Position numbers and translations under genes: made by a program
Notes under the pieces: model-generated
Told to the model about the DNA's origin: nothing
What the model saw: only the letters and a program-made list of their open reading frames with translations
Databases searched by the model: none
Source: an uncultured Alphaproteobacteria bacterium
Lineage (GTDB): Bacteria > Pseudomonadota > Alphaproteobacteria > Rs-D84 > CASDRH01
Direction: 5' to 3'
Assembly (NCBI GenBank): GCA_963541805.1
Contig: CAUTVF010000002.1
Span: 1 to 36,800, forward strand
Length of the DNA stretch: 36,800 bases
Shown here: positions 1 through 7,674 of the stretch, piece by piece
Layout of the letters: every line of letters starts with the position of its first letter
Numbering within the stretch: the stretch's first letter is position 1

Positions 1-161
1 AAAAGTGTATGAAATCGGATTATAATAAATTTGTTAAATTTTATGCCTTAAATAAAAATATTGATTTAGATGTTATAAAAGCAAAATTCAAATACTCAAA
101 ATTCTATAATGCAAATCTCGAAAAACTTAGGGATTTTTATATTCTAAATTCAAATATTTAA
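1..161 (+). CDS. 3' end of an unidentified CDS entering from the left window edge (stop TAA 159-161)
   Basis: Frame 3 is open for 52 codons from the edge in a stop-rich AT context. It is followed by palindromic terminator-like elements. No motif recognised. Confidence 0.3.
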   Translation, partial: KCMKSDYNKFVKFYALNKNIDLDVIKAKFKYSKFYNANLEKLRDFYILNSNI

Positions 162-194
162 AATCTTATTAAAAGTATCAAAAAATTACGTATT

Positions 195-210
195 TTACAT
201 TTAAATGTAA
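195..210. repeat. 16-nt palindrome TTACATTTAAATGTAA, copy 1
   Basis: Exact copy, extended by TTACG...CGTAA arms (187-218). Confidence 0.7.
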
Positions 211-280
211 AAGTCGTAAATTTTTGATTTTTTAAATTTTTACGATTTTTAACCGAAGGTTTAGATTCGTGATTTTCAAA

Positions 281-348
281 GCACCATACCGGATTTTTTT
301 TGTTTTATTATATAATATATAATAAAATAAATTTAAATTCCGGCACGC
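281..348. repeat. core long palindrome (GCACCATACCGGA, AT stem-loop, TCCGGCACGC), copy 1
   Basis: Flanked by further inverted arms from 241 to 385 (tacgatttttaaccgaaggtt ... aaccgaaggttaaaatacg). Confidence 0.7.
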
Positions 349-364
349 TTAAAAATTGCGAAAA

Positions 365-379
365 TTAACCGAAGGTTAA
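365..379 (-). terminator. mini-hairpin terminator candidate after ORF 392-1114
   Basis: TTAACC-GAA-GGTTAA, followed on the minus strand by TTTTCGCAATTTTT. Confidence 0.4.
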
Positions 380-391
380 AATACGCAGGGT

Positions 392-1114
392 TTAAGAATC
401 CAAAATTGATTTTATAAGAGAATCATTTTTGATATCGCGCAAATCTAAATTTTTGGAATCCAAAAATCTTGCATATGAATTATCGATTAAATCCGTTGTA
501 TTGTAATAGTGACATTTTATATTTTGATAAGCACACTCGCTAAAAATCCTTGGATGCTTATCAAAAACATTTGTATTTTTGATATATACAAATTGATTAA
601 AATTTTTAAAAAAATCACCAGTATATGAAGTTGTGAGTCTGAAGTTATTATTGAAGTCCATAAATTTATACGGTTTAAACTGATTTGCTATTTTAAAATC
701 TGGCTTAAAGCATCTTATATATGTGCAATTTGAATGTTTATAAATTTTATGAATATCGAAGTATAATTTGTGGGTATAATTTCGGAATCTAAAGAATTCA
801 TCGTAATATTCTATTCCACTATAATTTACTAAATCGTGTGAAATGCATATTTTTCGGTTTGCATTAATTTTAAGTAAATCAGAACTATTAAAAGCCAGGG
901 CGGTATCATATTTACCGGAAGTATCAAAAATTATTGAATCAAAGCATTTAGAATCAATAGAATATTTTAGATTTAAAAAAGTTTCATTAAATATCGGATA
1001 TTTTAAAATTAAATAAGTATCTTTATTAAATTCCCAAAGTCTATAAAAATACTCAAATGCATCAAATGCAGTTCCATTTAGAACATTTAAAAAATTTAAA
1101 ACTGCTATTTTCAT
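392..1114 (-). CDS. hypothetical protein, distant paralog of ORF 5973-6827
   Basis: 240-aa ORF. It shares colinear blocks with 5973-6827: FDAFEYFYRL vs IFECLDYYYLL, and FDKHPRIFSECAYQNI vs FDCSPRLIIECQILQI. Confidence 0.6.
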   Translation of the reverse strand: MKIAVLNFLNVLNGTAFDAFEYFYRLWEFNKDTYLILKYPIFNETFLNLKYSIDSKCFDSIIFDTSGKYDTALAFNSSDLLKINANRKICISHDLVNYSGIEYYDEFFRFRNYTHKLYFDIHKIYKHSNCTYIRCFKPDFKIANQFKPYKFMDFNNNFRLTTSYTGDFFKNFNQFVYIKNTNVFDKHPRIFSECAYQNIKCHYYNTTDLIDNSYARFLDSKNLDLRDIKNDSLIKSILDS

Positions 1115-1169
1115 TTTTTAAATAATTAGTAATTTTAACTGATTTCAGAAAAACGAAATATTAATAAAA

Positions 1170-1185
1170 TTACATCTAAATGTAA
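1170..1185. repeat. 16-nt palindrome family, copy 2 (TTACATCTAAATGTAA), with a partial direct repeat at 1199-1216
   Basis: Lies downstream of the capsid gene stop on the minus strand. Confidence 0.6.
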
Positions 1186-1240
1186 AATTATTAAATTTCG
1201 TATCTAAATGTAAAATTATTAATATTCGATTTTTTTAAAA

Positions 1241-2170
1241 TTATTTAGTTATTTTAAACTTATAAACATACGGATCAGTTGCCTTATCGTGGCAAGGATT
1301 GATTTCAAATCCATTTCGGCTAAATACGTGAATTGTTTTATGGCCGGTTTGAAAAACGTCGGCAAATTGCAAATTCATTGAATAAGGACAATAATAAAAT
1401 GAACTTACACCTGCTTCTGCTTCTGATTTTAATCCAACAATTGCAAATTCCTCATCCTTATTTGGATTTACAAAAAATTTAACATTTGCTAATTTTCCGA
1501 GAAAATATTGATTTGGATTATTCAAATCATTTGAATCGACCATTTGGCCGTATGCAAATGTCAAACTTAGCACACCTGATGCAAATAATGATTGTGGCAA
1601 AATACAAAAACCGTCATATGTTTTGAAATTTGTTTCGTTCATTTTTAAAATAAGTGTATTGATTTTTTTCAAAATATAAAATAAACAAGTTTCAGCATTG
1701 GCTAAAACATTTGCAGGTAAATTTAAATCAGGATCCAGCTGAGCAGAATCTTTTAGTAATTTTAAAACTGCTTCAGTTTCAATTCTACCCGATACATCCT
1801 TTATGAAATTTACAAGCATATCCGGAACAACAACAGCTTCTCCAGAATATTTTAGAAGCGCCATTAAATCATCCCAAGCTTCTGCAGTTATTTTGATATG
1901 TGCTTTTGAAGTTGTTACATTTATTAGCTTTTCAATAATTTTAAATTCAAGAGGATTTACATTATATTGGCTTGTTTGCTTTGCCATTATGATTCCAGAT
2001 GGCTGCGAAAGTGGTCTGACTTCTCCAATAAAATTTCCGATAAAACTTTTTGTTTTTGCATTTATAATTTTACCGAGAAGTTGAGCATACATATCGGCAT
2101 TAATATCCTCATCAATTCGGTAATGAGAATCTTTAAATTCTCGCAAAGAATTTTCTAATATTAGGTTCAT
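1241..2170 (-). CDS. T4 gp23/gp24-family capsid protein (HK97 fold), short form lacking the T4 insertion domain
   Basis: Colinear with T4 gp23 as I recall it: FIGEVRPLSQPSGIIMA vs ICGVQPMNSPTGQVFA; ITAEAWDDL block; FAIVGLKSEAEAGVSSFYYCPY vs FTVGYKGPNEMDAGIYYAPY; GFEINP vs GIGINP. Confidence 0.85.
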   Translation of the reverse strand: MNLILENSLREFKDSHYRIDEDINADMYAQLLGKIINAKTKSFIGNFIGEVRPLSQPSGIIMAKQTSQYNVNPLEFKIIEKLINVTTSKAHIKITAEAWDDLMALLKYSGEAVVVPDMLVNFIKDVSGRIETEAVLKLLKDSAQLDPDLNLPANVLANAETCLFYILKKINTLILKMNETNFKTYDGFCILPQSLFASGVLSLTFAYGQMVDSNDLNNPNQYFLGKLANVKFFVNPNKDEEFAIVGLKSEAEAGVSSFYYCPYSMNLQFADVFQTGHKTIHVFSRNGFEINPCHDKATDPYVYKFKITK

Positions 2171-2211
2171 TTTTAACCTTTTATTATTATTTATTCTTTG
2201 CTATTTAAAAG

Positions 2212-2532
2212 TTAAGAATTAAAAACTGCCAAAATCCTTGCGACAGCATCTGGATTTCTCGAAATATTCTCATAAATCTTTTGCCTAATTTGTGATTGCT
2301 GTGGAGTAAGTTTATGATCTTTTGCAATTTGTTTTACTGCTTTTTGGACTAACTTTGTTTCAACTCCCTTAACAGCAAACTCCTGGGCAGTTTCTTTGAA
2401 TTTCTCCTTTAATTCACGGATTTCTGCTTCATAATCCGTAATCGCAGTAACAAACTCAATTTCTGCTTTTAAAATTTCTGATTCAATTTCTGGCCCAAGT
2501 AGTGGGTCAATTCCCGTTAGATCTTCATTCAT
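2212..2532 (-). CDS. small coiled-coil protein, possibly DUF2312/GapR-like DNA-binding protein
   Basis: The pattern EIRELKEKFKETAQEFAVKGVETKLVQKAVKQIAKD resembles the GapR core (YAEAKGNGFDVKVLKKVVRIRK). The resemblance is weak. Confidence 0.35.
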   Translation of the reverse strand: MNEDLTGIDPLLGPEIESEILKAEIEFVTAITDYEAEIRELKEKFKETAQEFAVKGVETKLVQKAVKQIAKDHKLTPQQSQIRQKIYENISRNPDAVARILAVFNS

Positions 2533-2557
2533 TTGTAAATCCTTTTAATTCTTAATT

Positions 2558-2565
2558 TATTTATG
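2558..2565 (-). promoter_or_regulatory. late-promoter-like box CATAAATA upstream of 2532 and the capsid gene
   Basis: tcataaataaat lies 25 nt upstream of ATG 2532. The same 12-mer occurs upstream of 17370. Confidence 0.35.
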
Positions 2566-2595
2566 AGACAATTATAATATTAAAAAGTTGAATTT

Positions 2596-3204
2596 TTAAA
2601 TATACAAAGTATCAGCATACAAATCTTTTCCAGTCAATATCGCATATTTTGATTTCGCCAAAACATTTTTATTTTTTATTATATTATATAATTCATAAAA
2701 ATTTTTAAAAGATTTATAATTATCAAAATTCATATTACAAGCAATTACATTAAAATTAATTGATTTATATGAATCTAAAAACGCTTCAAGTTTATGAAAG
2801 TTTGAATCAGTAACAATTATTAAATATTCTATATTTTTATAATTAAAAAATTGACAAAAATCCAAATCAATTGAACAGTGATAATTTATTTTATCAAATT
2901 TATTAACAAATTGTGGATATCTTTTTAAAAATGTTCCATTTGTATTAAGCTCTAAATTTGAATCTTTAATTTTAAATATTGATTTCCACTGAGCTTCAGT
3001 AAGCAATCCGGGCTCTCCGCCACTTAAAATAATTTTAAAATCCTTATATTTTTCAATATTTTGTAAAACTAAATTAAAATCAATCGGCTCTCTACAATGA
3101 GTATTTTCAGCGCAATAATAGCAATTCCAGTTACATTCAAATGTTACTTTTATTTCAACTTGCTTAATTTTTGAAAAATTGCCGTCGGCAAAATGAGTCA
3201 GCAT
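2596..3204 (-). CDS. radical SAM protein (small, single-cluster type)
   Basis: CxxxCxxC cluster motif CNWNCYYC and SAM-binding GGEPGL motif. Overlaps the upstream radical SAM gene by 7 nt. Confidence 0.85.
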   Translation of the reverse strand: MLTHFADGNFSKIKQVEIKVTFECNWNCYYCAENTHCREPIDFNLVLQNIEKYKDFKIILSGGEPGLLTEAQWKSIFKIKDSNLELNTNGTFLKRYPQFVNKFDKINYHCSIDLDFCQFFNYKNIEYLIIVTDSNFHKLEAFLDSYKSINFNVIACNMNFDNYKSFKNFYELYNIIKNKNVLAKSKYAILTGKDLYADTLYI

Positions 3205-4079
3205 AAAAAGCTTCTTTTAAATTCAGCATAGCACAGCAAATTACATTTACTCGTGTCACACGCAATTTTGTTTCTTGCTGAAATTTTGTATTTATAATCA
3301 GTATTTAAATCAGCTAAAACCGTAAAATCCTTACAAGACCAAAATAATTGTAATTTTTCGTCAATATCAAATCCATCTGGCTCGCAAATACATTTTTTAC
3401 CTTGGAGATTTAATAATTTTTTAATATATTCGGATTGCGAAACTAATTTTGAATTTATATAAAATTCATCAACATTCAAATTTCTTTTAACTCTATCCAT
3501 ACTAAAATTTTCAAATATAAAATTCATAACTTCCTTATATTTTTCAGTTCCAACAAGTTGGGACAGTGGAGAAATATTTAATTCACCATTTATTAATTTT
3601 GCAATTTGTTTATATTGATCTAAATATGGAATAATATTTTCAATCCTATCAATTGGTAAATTCATATTTACAACACCGTCCCACGAATTTAAAAAATTAA
3701 ACGTCTTTTCAAAATTAAAATATTTAATATGAGGACTAATCGTTACAATTATTTTTGGATTTTTAATTATTTTTTCTAAGTTTGATGTATTTGTAATAAT
3801 TTCGACGACTTTAATATTATCGACTTCGCAAAGTCTTTGGAGTTCCAAATCAAAATCTTTTATTAATGTTGGCTCTCCGCCAAGAATTGCAATAAGAAAA
3901 GTGAATTCGGAATTAAATTTTACAAAATCAATTATTCTATCGAAATAATAATGAGTATCAAAATATTTTTTATTCAATCTTGATTTCGCAAAACAATATG
4001 AACAATTATAATTACAAAACATACTAGGATATATGTCAAGTGAAAAATCAATCGGATTTTTTGCTTCAAATACTGTCAT
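3198..4079 (-). CDS. radical SAM protein with Cys-rich C-terminal (SPASM/twitch-like) extension
   Basis: CNYNCSYC motif and GGEPTL motif. The C-terminus carries seven Cys (KKCICEP, WSCKD, CDTSKCNLLC). The start overlaps the polB-N stop (ATGA). Confidence 0.85.
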   Translation of the reverse strand: MTVFEAKNPIDFSLDIYPSMFCNYNCSYCFAKSRLNKKYFDTHYYFDRIIDFVKFNSEFTFLIAILGGEPTLIKDFDLELQRLCEVDNIKVVEIITNTSNLEKIIKNPKIIVTISPHIKYFNFEKTFNFLNSWDGVVNMNLPIDRIENIIPYLDQYKQIAKLINGELNISPLSQLVGTEKYKEVMNFIFENFSMDRVKRNLNVDEFYINSKLVSQSEYIKKLLNLQGKKCICEPDGFDIDEKLQLFWSCKDFTVLADLNTDYKYKISARNKIACDTSKCNLLCYAEFKRSFLC

Positions 4080-5695
4080 ATAAGTTTTCTAGATTCCAAT
4101 TCTTTTTTAATTTCTGCCGCTTTATTGCGATGTCCAAGCATTTTCAATTTATATCTTTTTCTATTGTTGAAACCGGCTTCAATTAATTCTGGAATAATAC
4201 CTTTTTTTGATTTATCAAAATGTGTTCCAAATAGCGATCCGCATAAATTATACTTTTGCAGCAATTTCGAATATTTATCAAATCTATGAGTATCCTTGAA
4301 ATATTCATTAATGTGATATAATTCGTCTTCGCTTAAATTTAGATTTTGGATTTCCAATTGCAAATCTTTTGGCAAATCTTTGAATTCCACTAATGTTTCT
4401 GGACTAATATTAAATGCCATAATTTGAGATGGATACATACTATTGACATCAAGAGAAAAGCCATAATTACATTTTCCTTTTATTGGATCCATTACAAATC
4501 CGCCTTTTAATTGAATACCAGAAGTATCCTCTGCCTTCATATCATACGATGGTAATATTTGTTTTTTGAGATACGCAGAATTGGCAATATATTGAGCCCA
4601 CGGCATAACAGTTTTTACAGTATCTTTAATATTAACTCCGTAAATTTCTGCCATATTTGTCATTGTATTAAAAATACTCAATTTTAATTCTATTTTATTT
4701 AATATATATACATCAATAATTGCGTAATGAATAAACCATTTATTGCATATTTTAGATATTTCAGCTTCTGATTTTGCATTATATAATTCAAGTTCAAAAG
4801 CTCCCGTTGGCTTAGAATCTGGTCTAATATATCCAGAACCTGTTCGAAATCCGTCGAAAGTTTTGAAACAGTCGTGATTTACTTTTTTAAGTCCGACCTC
4901 GACTTCTGCAATATTGTCGAGAGAATACGAACTTTTTGGCTCAAAATTAAAGTTTTTATAAACTTTCATATAATCAATATACGAAATACCTGGTGAATCA
5001 ACTTCAAAAATTCCTTGATTTAAAACTAATTCATTTAATTTTGATTCTCCATAAGGACTAAAATTAAGTGGAATTCCAAGTTTTGTTGCTCTTGCAAATA
5101 GATATCCGAAGTCAAACCCTTCTCCGTTATATGCAGAAATTATAGCTGGATTTAATGTTTTTATTAGCTTAAAAAATGCAAGAATTAATTCGGCTTCTGA
5201 ATTTAATTTAAAATATTTTAATTTAAAATCAAATACTTCTCCATTAAATGTATAATTACCAGATTCGGATTCCGTATAATCAATTCCTTTGATAAAATCA
5301 GTTAAACTAAAAACAATTACAGTATTTGTTTTTGAATCATAAATCTGGATACATACAATAGTTTCAGGGAATGATTTAGTATCGACGGATCTTTTTGCGG
5401 TTGTTTCAATATCAAGAAACCAATATCTTGGAGATTTGTTATAATTTTTTTGCCAATAAAAATCGCGAATATAACAAAGATCCGGTTTATAATTACCATA
5501 AACTGGTAAATCAGTTTTTTTAGTAATGCGTCGAAGTTTAATTTCAGGATTTAAAAAATATGTAAAATCACCTGAAATGTCCTCAACATACCGTTCATTA
5601 AAGCTTGGAATTTTCTTTATTTTTGATTGATTTCCGTCAAAATATCTTATATAATAATCATAACCAATTCTAAAACTATTTTCAAATGCTTCCAT
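4076..5695 (-). CDS. gp43: family-B DNA polymerase, N-terminal fragment (3'-5' exonuclease domain, motif A, first half of fingers)
   Basis: ExoI FLDIETT, ExoII YNGEGFDFGYL, ExoIII YAIIDVY and Pol motif A LDVNSMYPSQI are present. The ORF ends before motif B. Confidence 0.9.
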   Translation of the reverse strand: MEAFENSFRIGYDYYIRYFDGNQSKIKKIPSFNERYVEDISGDFTYFLNPEIKLRRITKKTDLPVYGNYKPDLCYIRDFYWQKNYNKSPRYWFLDIETTAKRSVDTKSFPETIVCIQIYDSKTNTVIVFSLTDFIKGIDYTESESGNYTFNGEVFDFKLKYFKLNSEAELILAFFKLIKTLNPAIISAYNGEGFDFGYLFARATKLGIPLNFSPYGESKLNELVLNQGIFEVDSPGISYIDYMKVYKNFNFEPKSSYSLDNIAEVEVGLKKVNHDCFKTFDGFRTGSGYIRPDSKPTGAFELELYNAKSEAEISKICNKWFIHYAIIDVYILNKIELKLSIFNTMTNMAEIYGVNIKDTVKTVMPWAQYIANSAYLKKQILPSYDMKAEDTSGIQLKGGFVMDPIKGKCNYGFSLDVNSMYPSQIMAFNISPETLVEFKDLPKDLQLEIQNLNLSEDELYHINEYFKDTHRFDKYSKLLQKYNLCGSLFGTHFDKSKKGIIPELIEAGFNNRKRYKLKMLGHRNKAAEIKKELESRKLI

Positions 5696-5955
5696 TATTT
5701 ACTTTCGTTAGCTTTAATACGCTTTAATTCTCGATTTGCAAACCAAATAATCTTATTTAAATCGCGCTCATAGTCTGTTCCAGAATGTCTTCCGATATTA
5801 CAACACCAAATTGATTTTAATATGTTGCCTTGGGCAAAATTCATTTCAAAATGCTCAATGATATCCTGAACATTTTTTGCATTTTGTGGAATATCATAAT
5901 ATGGAGTATCAGAACCTTTTACCATTTTTATACCTTTTTGTTTTAATTTTACCAT
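5695..5955 (-). CDS. DUF3310-like small phage protein
   Basis: YYDIP...GNILKSIW...DLNKIIWFANRELKR matches the DUF3310 pattern. The internal ATG at 5925 has the better SD (AAAGG) and may be the true start. Its stop overlaps the polB-N start (TAATG). Confidence 0.5.
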   Translation of the reverse strand: MVKLKQKGIKMVKGSDTPYYDIPQNAKNVQDIIEHFEMNFAQGNILKSIWCCNIGRHSGTDYERDLNKIIWFANRELKRIKANESK

Positions 5956-5972
5956 TTAAAAGTTTACGATTT

Positions 5973-6827
5973 TTATGCATTAAGAATATCAATTATTGGA
6001 TCGCCCGTAGTAAGAACGAATTCCTCAAATGGCGAATCAAGTCGCCTTTGTAGTCCTGGATCATAATAATCGATCTCAAAAAGTTCAAACGGAATTTGTA
6101 ATATTTGACATTCTATTATAAGTCTTGGACTACAATCAAAATGTCTTAAAACTGGAGTATAAATGAATTTACTAAAACTAAAATTACGGATTTGTTTCGA
6201 AGTAAAATTATTTTTATATTTTTCATTCTCCGTAATATCTTTAGAATCAGAATAAGCAAGAATATCCGGATATTTGTTCAAAAGTCTATCAATTTGATCC
6301 GGAGTTAATGATTTACAATTTTTTGTAATATGTGCAAATGGCCGATCTCCCGGAATTCTTTTTAAATTTGGCAATATTTTTTTAGTATAATCAATCATAT
6401 TTGGATACCGTTGATTGTATACTTTAAAATCAGCAAGTATCGAATAATCGGCATTTATTGGATCTGCGCCGCAGGCGAATACAAATATTTTTCCGCAAAG
6501 ACGATTTCTATATTTTTGAATAAACCAAAATCCGCCATCAACTATTAATATTTTTTTGCATTTCAATAAATCAAAATAATTTGTAAAAATGAAATCGGAT
6601 TTGTCAAATTTTACATTATAATGTGATTTTACAAAAGAATCAAAAGTTTCCGGCTTTACGAGCTCCGGAATTAAAACTTTTACTTTCATATGCTTAGATA
6701 GCAAATAATAGTAATCTAAACATTCGAAAATATGTCCCGAAAGACCGTGTTCTCTTGGACTTCGGAGAGTCGGAGACATTTCAAATGACGTTAAAATTAC
6801 TAAATCTGCATCTAAGTTAAGAATCAT
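5973..6827 (-). CDS. hypothetical protein, distant paralog of ORF 392-1114
   Basis: 284-aa ORF tightly packed in the operon. Shares blocks with 392-1114. Confidence 0.6.
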   Translation of the reverse strand: MILNLDADLVILTSFEMSPTLRSPREHGLSGHIFECLDYYYLLSKHMKVKVLIPELVKPETFDSFVKSHYNVKFDKSDFIFTNYFDLLKCKKILIVDGGFWFIQKYRNRLCGKIFVFACGADPINADYSILADFKVYNQRYPNMIDYTKKILPNLKRIPGDRPFAHITKNCKSLTPDQIDRLLNKYPDILAYSDSKDITENEKYKNNFTSKQIRNFSFSKFIYTPVLRHFDCSPRLIIECQILQIPFELFEIDYYDPGLQRRLDSPFEEFVLTTGDPIIDILNA

Positions 6828-6828
6828 T

Positions 6829-7266
6829 TTAATAAATCACAATATAATCATTTTTTGAGACTTGAATTGTTTTGAAATCCTTGAAATCGTCTAGCTTATC
6901 CGCCTTACAATGATACCAAACATCGCGTTTATGAGCATTATAAAATTCGGAATCGAACTCAAACCATTTCTTTCCAAACAATTCAACAACTTTACCAAAC
7001 TTACAAAAATTAGGATCAAATCCAAAATTGCGTTTTAGATACGCAAGCGGGAGTAGTCGACTAAAATCTGTAAAATCGGTAATTTTATGTTTAAATGGAT
7101 TTTGGACACAGTCAAAAAATCTGCAATTACCAATTTTGATTACTAGTCCAGCGTCCTCAAAATCCGGATTCTTTTTAAATGCCATAATAAGCCAATTTTT
7201 TGTAACATTTAATTTTTTTTGCGCTTCGTCAATATAAACGAAGTTTGAGTTTATAAACATACTCAT
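6829..7266 (-). CDS. hypothetical protein, possible N-terminal helix-turn-helix; first gene behind a promoter cassette
   Basis: 145-aa ORF with SD AAAGGA. The N-terminal segment VYIDEAQKKLNVTKNWLIMAFKKN looks like an excisionase/MerR-type HTH. Confidence 0.5.
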   Translation of the reverse strand: MSMFINSNFVYIDEAQKKLNVTKNWLIMAFKKNPDFEDAGLVIKIGNCRFFDCVQNPFKHKITDFTDFSRLLPLAYLKRNFGFDPNFCKFGKVVELFGKKWFEFDSEFYNAHKRDVWYHCKADKLDDFKDFKTIQVSKNDYIVIY

Positions 7267-7323
7267 TTAAATCCTTTCTTTTTTATTAGAATTATATAAT
7301 ATTAAAACTGAAATTTCACGTAA
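7267..7323 (-). promoter_or_regulatory. conserved promoter and leader cassette (GTGAAA, 17 nt, TATAAT, SD GAAAGGA), copy 1
   Basis: Minus-sense sequence: ttacgtgaaatttcagttttaatattatataattctaataaaaaagaaaggatttaaATG. The -10 box is at 7291-7296. Confidence 0.5.
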
Positions 7324-7346
7324 TTTAAATCGGTTGTTTTTAGCGC

Positions 7347-7381
7347 GTAGACGTAGTGCCTCTAAGATTTAGTTTGATCCC
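7347..7381 (-). promoter_or_regulatory. 34-nt conserved upstream motif, copy A (80 nt upstream of ATG 7266)
   Basis: Plus-strand spelling: gtagacgtagtgcctctaagatttagtttgatcc. Confidence 0.6.
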
Positions 7382-7482
7382 TTTTGATTTAATTATAATA
7401 TATTAAAGTTTACTAATTTTATGCATAAGCATATTTTTAGTATTTTAATTTGCGATTTTAAAAATGCAAAATTTTACACCTA

Positions 7483-7498
7483 TAACATTTAAATGTAA
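7483..7498. repeat. 16-nt palindrome family, copy 3 (TAACATTTAAATGTAA)
   Basis: One mismatch. Lies inside the 7267-7670 cassette. Confidence 0.55.
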
Positions 7499-7583
7499 AA
7501 ATTGTAATTTTTTGAATTTTTTAAACCGAGATTTTAATTTTTTTACGAATTTTAACCGAAGGTTTGGATTCGTTATTTTAAGA

Positions 7584-7649
7584 GCGCCATACCAGAATTT
7601 TTTGTTTTATTATATAATATATAATAAAATGAATTTAATTTCCGGCTGC
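7584..7649. repeat. core long palindrome, copy 2
   Basis: gcgccataccagaatttttt...tatataatatataataaaa...tttccggctgc. Confidence 0.7.
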
Positions 7650-7659
7650 TTTCAAAAAT

Positions 7660-7674
7660 TTAGCCGAAGGCTAA
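7660..7674 (-). terminator. mini-hairpin terminator candidate overlapping the stop codon of the ligase-like gene
   Basis: TTAGCC-GAA-GGCTAA, followed on the minus strand by ATTTTTG. Confidence 0.4.

Noticed and set aside
2596-3204. Assigning the 202-aa radical SAM protein as QueE (7-carboxy-7-deazaguanine synthase) to complete the QueC pathway
   Set aside because: It lacks the QueE N-terminal substrate-binding signature (xxQGEG) that precedes the cluster motif, and it is 31 kb from queC. Only generic radical SAM motifs are visible.
4076-4440. Split intein or intron as the cause of the polB split
   Set aside because: The N-fragment ends in ordinary fingers-helix sequence. The C-fragment begins 33 aa before motif B with no Cys/Ser-initiated N-intein block and no terminal HN-plus-nucleophile C-intein signature. 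Combined length between motifs A and B (about 148 aa) matches unsplit T4-type enzymes.
7373-7400. Plus-strand sigma70-like promoter using the TTGATC inside the 34-mer as a -35 box with downstream TATAAT-like sequences
   Set aside because: The spacing between TTGATC and the nearest TATAAT-like hexamer differs in every copy (about 14 to 20 nt), and no plus-strand gene follows. The motif orientation correlates with genes on the other side instead.
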